Positions 40,701 through 52,565 of a stretch of DNA of 64,000 nt are shown one piece after another. The stretch comes from Octopus sinensis (lineage: Eukaryota), in contig NC_043004.1 of NCBI RefSeq assembly GCF_006345805.1, positions 86,738,001 to 86,802,000 on the forward strand, given 5' to 3'. The position numbers and the translations under genes are program-made. The stretch's first letter is position 1. The number at the start of each line of letters is the position of its first letter. The notes below the pieces were generated by a model. It was not told where the DNA came from. It searched no databases and saw only the letters and a program-made list of their open reading frames with translations.

Positions 40701-43499
40701 TTTGGAAAACCAACGTATAACGATGATGATAATGGAATCAATCTACATAAGTCAGAGTGACAATTCAGTCCATGTTTATAACTTTCCAAGGATGTGAAAC
40801 CAGTATACTAAACAAATATTCATCAATTAATAAGACTCTTATTTACAAATAGAGGCATGATACCTAGTTTGTTGACATGGGCCATTTGAGAGTTAAATTT
40901 CTTAGGACAAAAAGCGGCAACAAAATAAGACAATACAAACCATTCACCCCTTTATCAGAGGTCTGATATTACTGACTTCGTCATATGATTCTTCAGAAAA
41001 ATATAAATTTATGGTGTATTATATATTACCAAGTACTTCTAAATTAAAATGGTCAGCAACATACAATGTATAAATTACAAAAAATTCAACATGTCAAATT
41101 CATTGGCATGACAATTTAAATCTAGAACATGAAAATGTGACACACCCATTATAATTTTCAAATAAGGCAAAATCTGTTTGACAAATTCAACTTTTAAATA
41201 TTGTTTTAACATATACTGAAATAAATTTTTGAAAAATACTAAAATGAATTCTAATCCTGTTGCATTACTACAATTATACACATATAAATATAACACCTAA
41301 CAGTAATAATAATCATTTGCATTACAATAAAATTCTATGTAAGTTTATTTCATAACTACATTAATATATTTACCAATTAAATCACAATATACACACACAT
41401 GCCTGTTCTCTATAAATCCTATATTAATTCACAGGATATTTACATATTCTTATCCCAGTAACTAAAATGCCATCTAGTTATTCCTTGTATTTTTTAAGTA
41501 AATACTAAATTTAGTATGTTTTATCCTTATTCTTCCAACTTATGCAGTGATATGTGAGTATATATATATATATATACATACACACATACACATATATTTA
41601 TCTTTATATATATGTGTATAGATCATCCATCAGCTATTTGAGTACATAACATACACTTATTCTAACACAAGTAAAAACATGCACTGTTATTTAGAATATG
41701 AGAATGATTTTCATGTAAATACCTCTATTTCTGCACTATAGCTTCTGAGGTGTGTGTGTTTGCTTATACACACATGGGACTATATTAGCAACACAGACAG
41801 ACATGTATGCATGTAAATGCACCTGAGATAGATGGTAGCATCGATAAATACACACGTGACATAAACGGGTGTTAGCTCTTTAATAAAGATATAAGCTTTG
41901 CACCTTACTACTTCCCCCACAAAAACCAAAATTTCAAACATCAATGCACATACATGCATGAAATGATTTGACACATACAGAATGCATACACACTAACGCA
42001 ATTACATATATAATAAGCTTAAATTTTTCTTCTGTCAAAACACAAAGGCACCACACCAAAGTATGTAGAATATTTGTTAATTCAAATTAAGATACATTTA
42101 AGAAATTTATTTTTAAATACATTCCAAACAGGTTTTTTATATATAACCAAATGAATTTTTATTTTAAGAACGTAAAAAAAAACTGCTTAAATGGCTGTTA
42201 TGAGAGCTTCTACAGAAAGAGATACAGTTTAAAATGGTACCCATCCATCCATAGTGGATGATAAGAATTGGGGTATCGAAGTTATTCTTAGATTTTAATT
42301 GCGTTTGTATAGAGACAAAAACCGGGAATATATACATCCTACTGAATAGGATCTGCAGAATTATTATGGTGTATAATTTGAATAGATTAGACAAGGTTTG
42401 AATAGCATTAGAATATGACTAAAAAAATCTATGCAGAGATTATACATATATATTATATATAGTATACTCGATCGAATAAAAGAGAGACGTAGTAACGATA
42501 TAAAGGGGAGGGGTCCCAGACCTTCCATCAATAAAGACGACTACTTCTGATAGCTTTTTTAAATGAGATATCGGCATGTCCCAGTAGTCTACATAGACCG
42601 GTAATACAGCGATAACAGGAGCCGGACTTAAATTACATATATATTGATAGATTCACTTCAGGATAAAGCATTAAGTATATACAGATATTTTTTTCGCCGT
42701 TATTTAAACTATTTAATAACATGCATAGTATAAATTTAAAACACTTTAAGAATAATCGAAATGGATTTTTATGCCGTCTGATCATTATACATATTTTATT
42801 AATTAAAAATTCAGGAAAAGAAAACAAATTATTACTAATTTCATTATAGTTAGGTATATATAAAATATTTTTTTCAATTTTTACTCAAAATATAAATGAT
42901 CATAAATTAAAACAGACAAACGGAGGATTTATTCAATCAAACGGAAGAACATTTGTTACATTTTTTAAAAAATTAAAATCAAATGCAATAAAATAGAGAT
43001 TGACTGATTAAACAAACTAAAAAAAAAAGGGGGGGAACACAGTAAAGCGGGACACTGATGGGAGGGGAGATTTAAAAAAAAAAGCGAGCAAAGAAAAAAG
43101 AGGCGAGGCAAGCTGGCAAAAAGTAAGAGATATGATGACTATTATAGACAGACATATATCATGAGAGAGCGGCCACGTAGTGAGGGATCAGTCTGCTGCA
43201 TTCTTCAGTAAAAAGCTTTTAAGAAAAAGCTTTCTAAAAACGACAACAAAAGATCACAGCACCGGCCATTTTTCCCCACTACTTATTCATATTATTAAAT
43301 AGTTGAAATATATATCATTGACAACTAAACCGAACTTGGAGTTATCATTTCATGAACTCCAAACCTAGGCAAGACGGTGAGCTGTAATCTACAGAACATT
43401 ATTATAGTCGATCCCTCTGTTCTAAACCACAAAGTATTTTGTCAGGAACTGACGAGGGAGCAAACCCATGTGTAGGCTTGACAGTTTGTGTCCATATTA

Positions 43500-43854
43500 T
43501 ATATAGATATGAATGCGTATAGCTATATATATATAAATATATATATACATATTATACGTTATGTTTATATATGAATAAATATATATGTGCGTGTATGTAC
43601 ACATAGGTAAAATACTGATATGCATACATATACGCATATATATACATACATGTATATAGATAGATATTTATGCATATATATATATACACATAAATACGTG
43701 TATAATTTAGGATACATATATATGTGCGTGTATGTATGTATATATATACACACACACATATATGTACATATAAATGTGCGAGTATATATATCTTATAATA
43801 CAAAAGCGTATAATAAGGATAAAGGCAGTAACAGCATATATATAACATATATAT

Positions 43855-43888
<34 letters not shown>

Positions 43889-43910
43889 ATATATATATAT
43901 ATACACACAC
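43500..43910. repeat. (TA)n/(TACA)n low-complexity tract
   Basis: Seen directly; source of spurious YI/CV ORFs. Confidence 0.9.
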
Positions 43911-43933
43911 AGACGAGACAGACATTAATTTAC

Positions 43934-43967
43934 CTGATACAGATGGGTTTCCTTTTTATCACCATAC
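43934..43967 (-). CDS. WAC: WAC coding exon 2 (G-YGDKKETHLYQ)
   Basis: tcttttcttttag|G TAT GGT GAT AAA AAG GAA ACC CAT CTG TAT CAG|gtaaat. 34 nt, completes the phase-2 Gly codon of exon 1 and ends in ...YQ like vertebrate exon 2 (CHDRRGDSQPYQ, recalled). Confidence 0.9.
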
Positions 43968-44058
43968 CTAAAAGAAAAGAAATAAGAAGAAAAAATATTA
44001 TTAAAAGAATTATTATAAAGAAGTCTTTTCTAAGTTTTTGTTTTTTTTGTTTTTACAG

Positions 44059-44228
44059 CAGACTGCGGAAATGGACGCATTTTTGGGGGAAAAAAACGTT
44101 TTGACAACAAAGATGGCGGATTAGGAGAGAAGAAACAATTGAATTGAGAGGAAATTATAAACAATATTGTACCCATCATTGAGTCTTGGAAGTTTCCTTG
44201 CATGCATTACCATTAAAACTGGCGTCAG
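44059..44228 (+). ncRNA. Candidate antisense exon overlapping WAC exon 1
   Basis: The + strand has a ttttttttgtttttacag| acceptor (AG 44057-44058) and a perfect CAG|GTAAGT donor (GT 44229-44230). A YY1 motif AAGATGGCGG lies at 44110-44119. The only ORF noticed inside is 17 aa. Confidence 0.4.
44173..44213 (-). CDS. WAC: WAC coding exon 1 (MVMHARKLPRLND+GG)
   Basis: The minus strand reads ATG GTA ATG CAT GCA AGG AAA CTT CCA AGA CTC AAT GAT GG|GTACAA. This matches the WAC N-terminus (human MVMYARKQQRLSDG, recalled). 41 coding nt, phase-2 GT donor. Confidence 0.93.
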
Positions 44229-44254
44229 GTAAGTGCAGCTGGCAGCACAGGTTG

Positions 44255-44323
44255 CTAAATTATGACGCTTTCTTCATTCACAGTCATCTACATAGATTTC
44301 ACATAGAAAACAGCAGCCGCCAT
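44255..44323 (-). promoter_or_regulatory. Two back-to-back uORFs in the presumed WAC 5'UTR (MAAAVFYVKSM*, MTVNEESVII*)
   Basis: 44323-44288 and 44287-44255, joined as TAG-ATG. Both are out of frame with, and end before, the main ATG at 44213. Depends on the TSS lying upstream of 44323. Confidence 0.45.
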
Positions 44324-44570
44324 CTTACATCCGGGCCACAATGCATTTCGTGTATGGTTTAGTCATGACGTCACGGATCATATGACAGATCACTTCCGGA
44401 TCCATATCGTTCTCTCATCATCAACATTATCATCATCATCATAAGCACCATCGTCGTGGTCGCTATCACGCAATGAGTTGATGCCGACATGGTCGGCGGA
44501 CATAGAATCCGACTTCTCCTGCTACTGTATATTTAATTCACACTAATATCGGTTTGCTACCATAGACGGA
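44288..44570 (-). promoter_or_regulatory. WAC TATA-less CpG-rich promoter
   Basis: YY1 GCCGCCATCTT 44316-44326, ETS ACATCCGG 44327-44334 and CACTTCCGG 44391-44399, ZNF143/Staf-like CCACAATGCATT 44336-44347, CRE TGACGTCA 44366-44373. All lie 100-190 bp upstream of the ATG. Confidence 0.7.
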
Positions 44571-45838
44571 TAATTTTTTTATAACCAATTTTTATAACCT
44601 ATTATAACCAATTTTTATATCAAACCTAATACTTCAATACTTACACATACAACATATATGTGTATATATATATATATACACACAGTTTGCTTATTACAAT
44701 ATTTTTTTCCAATTTTACCAAGAACAATAATATCATTATTACTATTATTATTGCTATGCAGCTGATGTGTCCCAGTGCAAGTCTTATATAATTTCATTAA
44801 TTTTTTTATTCATTAAGGAATAATTTCTAAATTTAATAGGATTTTTTAAATCTCAACAACATAACAAGATAAGCTACATTTGAACTTGTTAATAAGAGTA
44901 GGTAATTTCCAACAACAATGCCTATCTAAGTTAGACATTGAGCTAGTATTGATGTTACATGTATTCTTACAGTTGGTTTAAGACAATATATTGCAGAACT
45001 TCGCTCGGTTTCTTAAATTTTAGTCTTAAACACACACACACACACTCTCACTCTCTCTCTCTCTCTCTCTATTGCCATAGTAGTGAAATCTACGTACAGC
45101 TGATTTCGAAATGGCAAAAACAGGAAGTAGTAATTTTATTATTTAAATAAGGGAATATATAATGTTATAAAACAGCCAGTGATCTTGCACACACGTACAC
45201 AAGACGTTTCCACTTTATCATTATTTAATATTAGTTAAGATACAAATATACGGGCTTTACTTACAAATACACTTCCACAATACTCAATATACATACAAAT
45301 AAATGAACATAGATATGGATACGCTAAAATACATGTTTAGCATTACTATAAAAATATAAATACACACGTTTTGATGCATATGCATGAGTGCTTACTTTAA
45401 TATTCATGTATAGTTACATATGCATTGAATAAATATATATATAAATTTCATTGCTTCTTTTCATGAATATTTTAAATATCTTGCTATTAACACTCCCCCC
45501 TCACTCTAGTGTGTGTGTGTGAGGTGTACACGTGTAGATTCTTTTCATGTGTCTACATGTAACACATATATTACATGCCCATATTATTATTGTTATTATT
45601 ATTTCGACATCTCATTTCATATCTGCTGTTCGTACATGGTGATGGTACATGTATGTGTGTGTGTGAATTTTTTCAAGGAAAAAGGTCGAAAGTGATTTCG
45701 AAGTTTCGGCTTCCTAGGAATATTTTTATAGTAAAAATTTATATTATACTCTACTAAAAAGTATTGAACAATCCTTCGCTTTGATGTTCAACTGCTTTTA
45801 TATATAAGCTTGACATAAACAAACACACACACACATAA

Positions 45839-45870
<32 letters not shown>

Positions 45871-46624
45871 TGTGGAATGTGCTGTGGGACATTACAGTTG
45901 ATATGGCTTAATCTCTCACTGACACCAATATCTCTCCTCCCTCTCACTTTCTCTCTCATTCTCCTCCCCCTCTCTCTCTCTCTCTCTTTTTCTACGATTA
46001 ATCCAAATAAGACGACCCAACACTGATTATAGAGTCCTTCTCCGTTTTGTGTTGCGAGGAGTTTTGACATAAAAGACCACGTCTAAAAGCGTTTTAATCG
46101 ATATTAAATTTCGTTGGCGTTTAATCGACAGTAAAGGTTTTATACAAATGCGAGTCATGTATATATATATGGATGGACAGATAGATATTGTGCGCGCATA
46201 AATAAAAGCGTGTATATGTATATATGTGCGCATGTGTACATACGAATACATCTATGTGTACATACGAATACATACGTTATTGTGTATGTTTGCTGTGTAT
46301 ATATCTCCATGTTCTGAACCAAATAATACAGTGAGGTGTCGTTATTAATGACAAGCGTGGCCGATTAATCATCAACTATTACAAATGCAAAAGAGATGCT
46401 TGAGAAAGAACATCTACAAGAAGTATCAAACTGATAGACTAAGAAATTAAAGGAATACTGTCTTCAAACAATTGATTTGCAAGAGAATCCAGCTAGATGC
46501 AGTTTGGATTCGTGTCAGGTTGGAGTGCAACCGATGCTCTCTTCATAGTAAAACAACTACTAGACAAGTTTTTAGTTAAGTCTTTCTATCCCAGCATTTA
46601 ATATTCTGTAGTCTATTGGTCATT

Positions 46625-46825
46625 AAGGAAACTTATTTCTTTATTGCCCAGAAGAGGCTAAACATAGAGGGGACAAACAAGGACAAAGGGATTAAGTCGA
46701 TTACATCGACCCCAGTGCGTAACTGGTACTTAATTAATCGACCTCGAAAGGATGAAAGGCAAAGTCGACCTCGGCGGAATTTGAACTCGGAACGTAGCGG
46801 CAAACGATTCAGCCAGCTCGGTCAT
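46625..46825 (-). mobile_element. tRNA/CORE-type SINE (second family); a 3' scrap also at 14156-14192 (+)
   Basis: The minus strand has a gagttcaaattccgccgaggtcgactttgcctttcatcctttcg head and an ...gggcaataaagaaataag end. Confidence 0.75.
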
Positions 46826-47379
46826 TAAGGCAACTAGTAGATGAATAGCTTATGAGAGTGGTGTAAGACACGTACAGTAAAAATTGACAATGGGTAAATT
46901 AAAGTTAGGGTGTAAGTGTACCCCAAAACTCAGATCTCAGCCTACTTTAATTATTATAGATCACCAAACAGTAACAGGAATTTGAGACTGGTTGCTTATG
47001 GTGTCACAATGTGTGTTCATGTCTACAAACGGTAAGCTGCTGTCTAGGTTGAGTAAAGACTCATGAGAATGACTGTCAAAAGCAGCAAAATGAGCATGTG
47101 GTTAGCTTAGCTGCAGGCAGCCACTAACTGAACTCTGGTGCTCAAAACATGCCCATTTAAAAGCTTTGCAAAAGGACGTTCTTGCAGTTTCTAGAAAGAT
47201 GCATCACGTCATGTCTCAATGCTGATTGTTCCATAACTTGGTTGATCAGATGAAAAGGCTATGATTTTTACTTGGCTATTTGTCGATTCAGTTTCAAATC
47301 TTGCTGCAACAGAAATCATTTATTCTGATAACCCAGTCCTCATAGTAGAGATTATTTAAAAGATTGAGAGAAATTTTTG

Positions 47380-48140
47380 ACAAACTCTTGAATAAAGAGG
47401 ATGCCTCAATGTAAACATAGCAAAGACTAAAATTTTTGTAAATAGGGAAAGAAGGCAGAACTCTGATGCCATCAGGGAAATTATTGTGCTCAGGATGCAG
47501 AAAAAGGATTGGGTAGTAATTCCATACAATGATCTGAATGTGATCTGTGGATGAACAAGAGCTGTAGTGGAATCAATGACAGGTTGACAGTGAATAAAAT
47601 ATTTTTGTAGAAGCACAAGAGTTGTTTGTAATACAAAACTCTATAACATTTGCAAGAATGTATGGAAGTAGTAGATAACTTTTATAACCTAGGAAACCTC
47701 TTTAGCAATAAAAAGTGTTCTGAAAGTATACTGGTAGACTGAATAAAAAGAGGATGGAAAATGTTCAGGGAACTATTACCACTGTTGACAACAAGAGGAT
47801 TCTCTCTCTGAGCAAAGGATGAATTTTATATTGTTTGTGCATAAAGTGCAATGTTGCATGGTAGTGAGATATGGGGGCTGTGTGTAGAGAATGTATAAAA
47901 AGTTGGAAAGTAAAGAACCAAGCATGCTCTGTTGCATGTGAACTGTGAGTATGTATGAATGATGTGGTACAGAGTGGCTGAGAGAAAACACTGGGTATAA
48001 AAGGATGCAAGAGAGATGAATGTGCTGGCAAGGAGAGCCATTTGGAAGGAACAAGTAGAAGAAGGAGACTAAGGAAGATATGAGCAGAAGGAGGGAAAGC
48101 TGACCTTAAGCTATTAAACCTCAGAAATGAGATGATAATG
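47380..48140 (+). mobile_element. Decayed RTE LINE 3' coding region
   Basis: MLHGSEIW (47851) and KLE..E.SML remnants, plus an RG...K..W-type C-terminus; homologous to 20450-21100. Confidence 0.7.
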
Positions 48141-48517
48141 CATACACATACACATTTATATATATATATATAATAATATGAAAGATCCTAGGATCAAGGT
48201 GTAGGAAGTTAGTAAGCTTCAAGCAGTCCGTAGTAGGTATAAAAACCAACTTTCAGGAACAATAGTGGTTTATTGACATAGAAGGTTGTAAATTTTTCTC
48301 ATATCGAAGTTTGATAAGCTGAAAAAAGTTATTTTATAGTTCACAGTTAGGAACTGGGGTTGCTGTATAAAGTAAATAAAAATCCAAATTTAGGGAATAG
48401 AGTGAATAATAAATTTCTACTATATATATATAGTAGAAATTTATAGAAAAACAAATGAAGACAGGTGTATGAACAACAAACAGGTGTATTAGTTTGATGC
48501 TTAGGAAAATGAAAATG

Positions 48518-48555
48518 CCTTTTACATTTCGAACCTATGCTCTTCAACAGAAAGG
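48518..48555 (-). ncRNA. Minimal hammerhead motif (A6U) in a Penelope-like fragment (~48180-48610)
   Basis: CCTTT CTGTTGA A GAGC-ATAG-GTTC GAAA TG TA AAAGG: 5-bp helix I, one core substitution. Confidence 0.55.
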
Positions 48556-48614
48556 AATAACATGAAATAAAGAGAGAGAGAATGAAAAAGAACTTGTAGA
48601 TTTAGCCGTTAAGC

Positions 48615-49165
48615 ATGGCGAGGAGTGGCTATGTGGTAAGTAGCTTGCTTACCAACCACATGGTTCCAGGTTCAGTTTCACTGTGTGGCATTTTGGGCAA
48701 GTGTCTTCTACTATAGCCTTGTGTGTGTTTGTCCCCCCCCCCATCGCTTGACAACCGATCTTGGTGTATATACGTCTCCATAACTTAGTGGTTCGGCAAA
48801 AGAGACCAATAGAGTAAGTACTGAGCTTACAAAGAATAAGTCCTGGGGTTGATTTATTCAACAAAATGCAGTGCTCCAGCATGGCCACAGTTCAATGACT
48901 GAAACAAATAAAATAATATATATATATATAAAACACCACTTGAGCGTGGCCATTGTCAGTACCGACTGACTAGCCCTTGTGCCGGTGGCACGTAAAAGCA
49001 TCCACTTCACTCTCGGAGTGGTTGGCGTTAGGAAGGGCATCCAGCTGTAGAAACTCTGCCAGATCAGATCGGAGCCTGGTGCAGCCATGTGGTTCGCCAG
49101 TCCTCAGTCAAATCGTCCAACCCATGCTAGCATGGAAAGCGGACGTTAAACGATGATGATAATGA
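48615..49165 (+). mobile_element. tRNA-derived SINE (48615-48915) followed by a well-preserved RTE-tail SINE (48930-49165)
   Basis: A/B boxes tggctatgtgg and ggttcagttt. The second copy retains CpGs and ends ggacgttaaacgatgatgat. Confidence 0.85.
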
Positions 49166-49429
49166 TATATGTAAATTTACATGAGCAATATTAAAAAAAA
49201 CATGTAATATTTCATTGCATATATATTTAAATGTATGTGTGTGCGTTAAATTGTTGAAGGAAACATAATGTAGGGTAGAAATTTCCACAACTACTTCAGA
49301 GCAAAACTTCTTGCTAATCTTTGCTAGCATTAGGAGTCTCTGACAAACAATCATTCCCATTGTTTGTTGTTTTAGTTTCCCTACACCAGCGTGACCAACA
49401 AGTCACACATTGCTTTTTATATATACGTA

Positions 49430-49497
<68 letters not shown>

Positions 49498-49504
49498 ATA
49501 TATA

Positions 49505-49830
49505 ATCTATTATTTGTTTCAGTCATTAGACTGAGGACATGCTGGGGGCACTGCCTTGCAGAATTTTTAGTCGAATGAATCGAACACTGTACTTAATTTT
49601 TTTTAAGCAAGGTACTTTTATTGCATCAGTCATTTGTGCTGAACAGCTAAGTTACTGGGATGTAAATACAACACCGGCTGTCAAGCAGTGGTGGGGAACA
49701 TCCTAAGACGCAAACACATCACACACACACACGACGGACTTCTTTCAGTTTCCGTCTACTAAATCCACTCACAAAGCTTTGTTCGGCCCAAGGCTACAGT
49801 TGAAGACACTTGCCCAAAGAGCCACGCATA
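49505..49830 (-). mobile_element. tRNA-derived SINE
   Basis: Reverse complement of the 48615 family. Confidence 0.75.
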
Positions 49831-50569
49831 TATACATACATATATATATATATAAATATATATAAACATGCCTGTCTGTTCCATGGTATATTACAAGGTT
49901 GCTGGACAAAATGTCTTTTGACCTGACTTTCATCACACTATGCAACATGTACCTAATTCAGTCATAAACTTATTTTATATATTTTCTTCACTCAACGAAG
50001 GCGGCAAGCATGTTTGCAAATGAATTTGTTCTATTCATGTATAATTGTGTCTCAATATTTTTGCTAGTGACTATTTTACGCTGTGTTATGTAGAACGTGT
50101 GATATGAATTTTTTCTATTGACTTTTTAATACGTATATTTTTCTCTGTGCATGCATTGTTACTCTTACTATCACTCACACTCTTTGTATGTCTTACGGTT
50201 GACCTCTTATTCCGTTTACCGCTTGCTCTGTCTACCTCTTACTCTTTCTCCCATAGTGTTGACTTACATGCTCTTTTCTCACTCCCTCCCCATTTTCTTT
50301 CTCATTCACTCATCCTTTCTTTCTCTTAATATTTTCGACTCACACGCTTTTTTTTTCTCCCCTTCATTCTCTCTCTTTCTTTCTAACCTCTCTCACCCTA
50401 TCTTCCTGTTACTCATACCCTCTCATCTCTTTCCCCACATCTTTCTTTTTCTCCCACTGCTCTGTTATCTGGTTAGTTTTTGACAAAAGAGTTAAAAATA
50501 AAATTACAGAAAAATATTACATGTGTAACCTAAAATAAATATGTTTTTCCTCCACACCCTCAAAACCCA

Positions 50570-51097
50570 CTAAAGGAGCCGCTACGTGGTCGCCTGATCC
50601 GCTAGAAATAATAGTCACATTCCTCTGAAATTACACTTTATGTTATAAATGAAGGATGCATACAAAGAGAAAGAAAGTAAGTGAGAAAAGACCTGCTAGA
50701 AATAACAGTCATGTTATTCTGAAACTAGACTGAACCATATTATAAGAGAAAGGATACATTGGATAATGGAATCCTTGATACTTTGTCCGAAAATAAAATA
50801 GGATTACCATGGCCGGGTGCTTTGATCATATATTTCTGTTAGATCAGAACGGACCTAGGTTGGGACTAATAAAACAACCATCACTCAGTTACTGGGGAGA
50901 GGAGTGGAGGAAGAAATGGAAAGTTGTGACGTTTGCCTTTGTCAAGGCCATAAAGTCAAACGAACCAAAAAGCGAACCACCGAAAGTCTACTTGCACTCA
51001 GTTCTTTCGCTGCTTCTATCCGTCAACCTCAATCTCTCCTCGCTTTCTCTTTAACAGATGTATATATATACACACACACACACACACGCGTGTGTGC

Positions 51098-51129
<32 letters not shown>

Positions 51130-51745
51130 CTTTGAATTACAAGCATTTTTCTTTAATTTCTTTTAGTAAGATCATGTTTTAATGTTATACACAATATATA
51201 TTCACTAATCAACTCTTTCTTTTGCAAGTCCTTCCATGTTCTCTTTTTTTTTTCTTGTACTTCTTTGCACTGACGTAAAACAGGTCTAACAACGATTTGC
51301 AAACCGGGTTCATTTGGAGCAACTCTTGTTATATATTTCTTGATAATCGTCATGATGACGGTAGCCGTAGTGAGGGTGGGGTGATGATATGCAAAAACAA
51401 ACATTGCGATAACAATGATTGCAGAAAGCAGTGTTATTAGTATATCATACAAACATTCATTAAACCTTCCATCTTGTAGGTACTGATTTAAAACAAAGAT
51501 CGTTTTTATTTCAGTACTTCTTAACAAAGTCATCGTGAATTTAGCTCCAGGTCAAACTGGATCGAGCAGATCTATACTCAAAAACATTCCAGTCATGACC
51601 GTACTGTTTTTGTATATCAGGAACAACTATATTACTCTATGCGTCCCTTTATTTTTAAGATGGCATGGAGGGTGTGATTTGAGTTAGATTTAGCTGCTAT
51701 GTTTAGCATTTTCAGCGACTACATAGAGGCTGTGTTGTTGGCTAG
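50570..51745. repeat. Unclassified repeat copies at 50570-50880 (+) and 51535-51745 (-)
   Basis: Mutually inverted, and similar to 9380-9790. Confidence 0.5.
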
Positions 51746-52402
51746 TTCTTTACAAAGTCTTCAGGAGCAGCACTTATAATGTCAGCGCCAAAAAGAGTAG
51801 CGGGATGAGCAATTATTAAGACGGACATGCCGACTTAAATTAGTTCAACACATAGGTACGCACCACAGCAATTATACAAAAAAAAAACACCACTTAATAT
51901 TCACACAAGTAATACGCCTCTATTTTCTTAATTACATATATACACTCACGTGTACTTCTCGTTTGTTACTAAAAGAAAAAAAAAACTTGGGCGACTTCTT
52001 TGCTTGCTAAAACAATTAAGTAATTTCCTAGTATATAGTTGTACTGTGTCTGTATGTTTGACTATAATGTAACTAAACAACAGAAAAGTATATATACACA
52101 CAATTCTAATGACAATTATGGCAATTATTTTCTTCCTATGAATTACATGTTTTACAAACAGGCATCGTCAACTATCATTATATTTACAAGTAAATCCATG
52201 CCTTAAAATTAACGCTTATTTTAAATACAATTTATTATATTTGCTTTCCTTTAAAACTACGGGGAATAGGTCGAATGTAATTTCATTTGAGATTACAGAC
52301 AAAAGTGAAAAAAAACACTTCCTTTTCAGAAAAAAAAGAAGAAAAAATGAAGAGTTATCTCCCGAGGTGTTTTTATGGTACACTGACAGGCTTTCAAATT
52401 TG

Positions 52403-52454
<52 letters not shown>

Positions 52455-52531
52455 GTGTGTGAGTGTGTGTTTGTACATATATATAATATATATATATAGC
52501 AATCTGCCTTATATACATGACAACTACATAA

Positions 52532-52565
<34 letters not shown>

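Larger units (their letters stand above)
1..44340 (-). other. WAC: WAC transcription unit, 5' portion (continues beyond base 1); intron 1 43968-44172, intron 2 4753-43933
   Basis: Three phase-compatible exons. No WW-domain exon was found in 1-4450. The TSS is inferred from promoter motifs. Confidence 0.75.

Noticed and set aside
43449-43475. CTGACGA-GGG-AGCAAA-CCC as a + strand hammerhead
   Set aside because: No GAAA follows helix II, and there are no helices I or III.
43552-43908. YI/CV/HT-rich ORFs here and at 1664, 49314, 52216, 58893 and 62428
   Set aside because: These are translations of dinucleotide and tetranucleotide microsatellites.
48625-48700. tRNA gene
   Set aside because: Only A/B boxes of a SINE head; no cloverleaf, and it continues into the SINE body.
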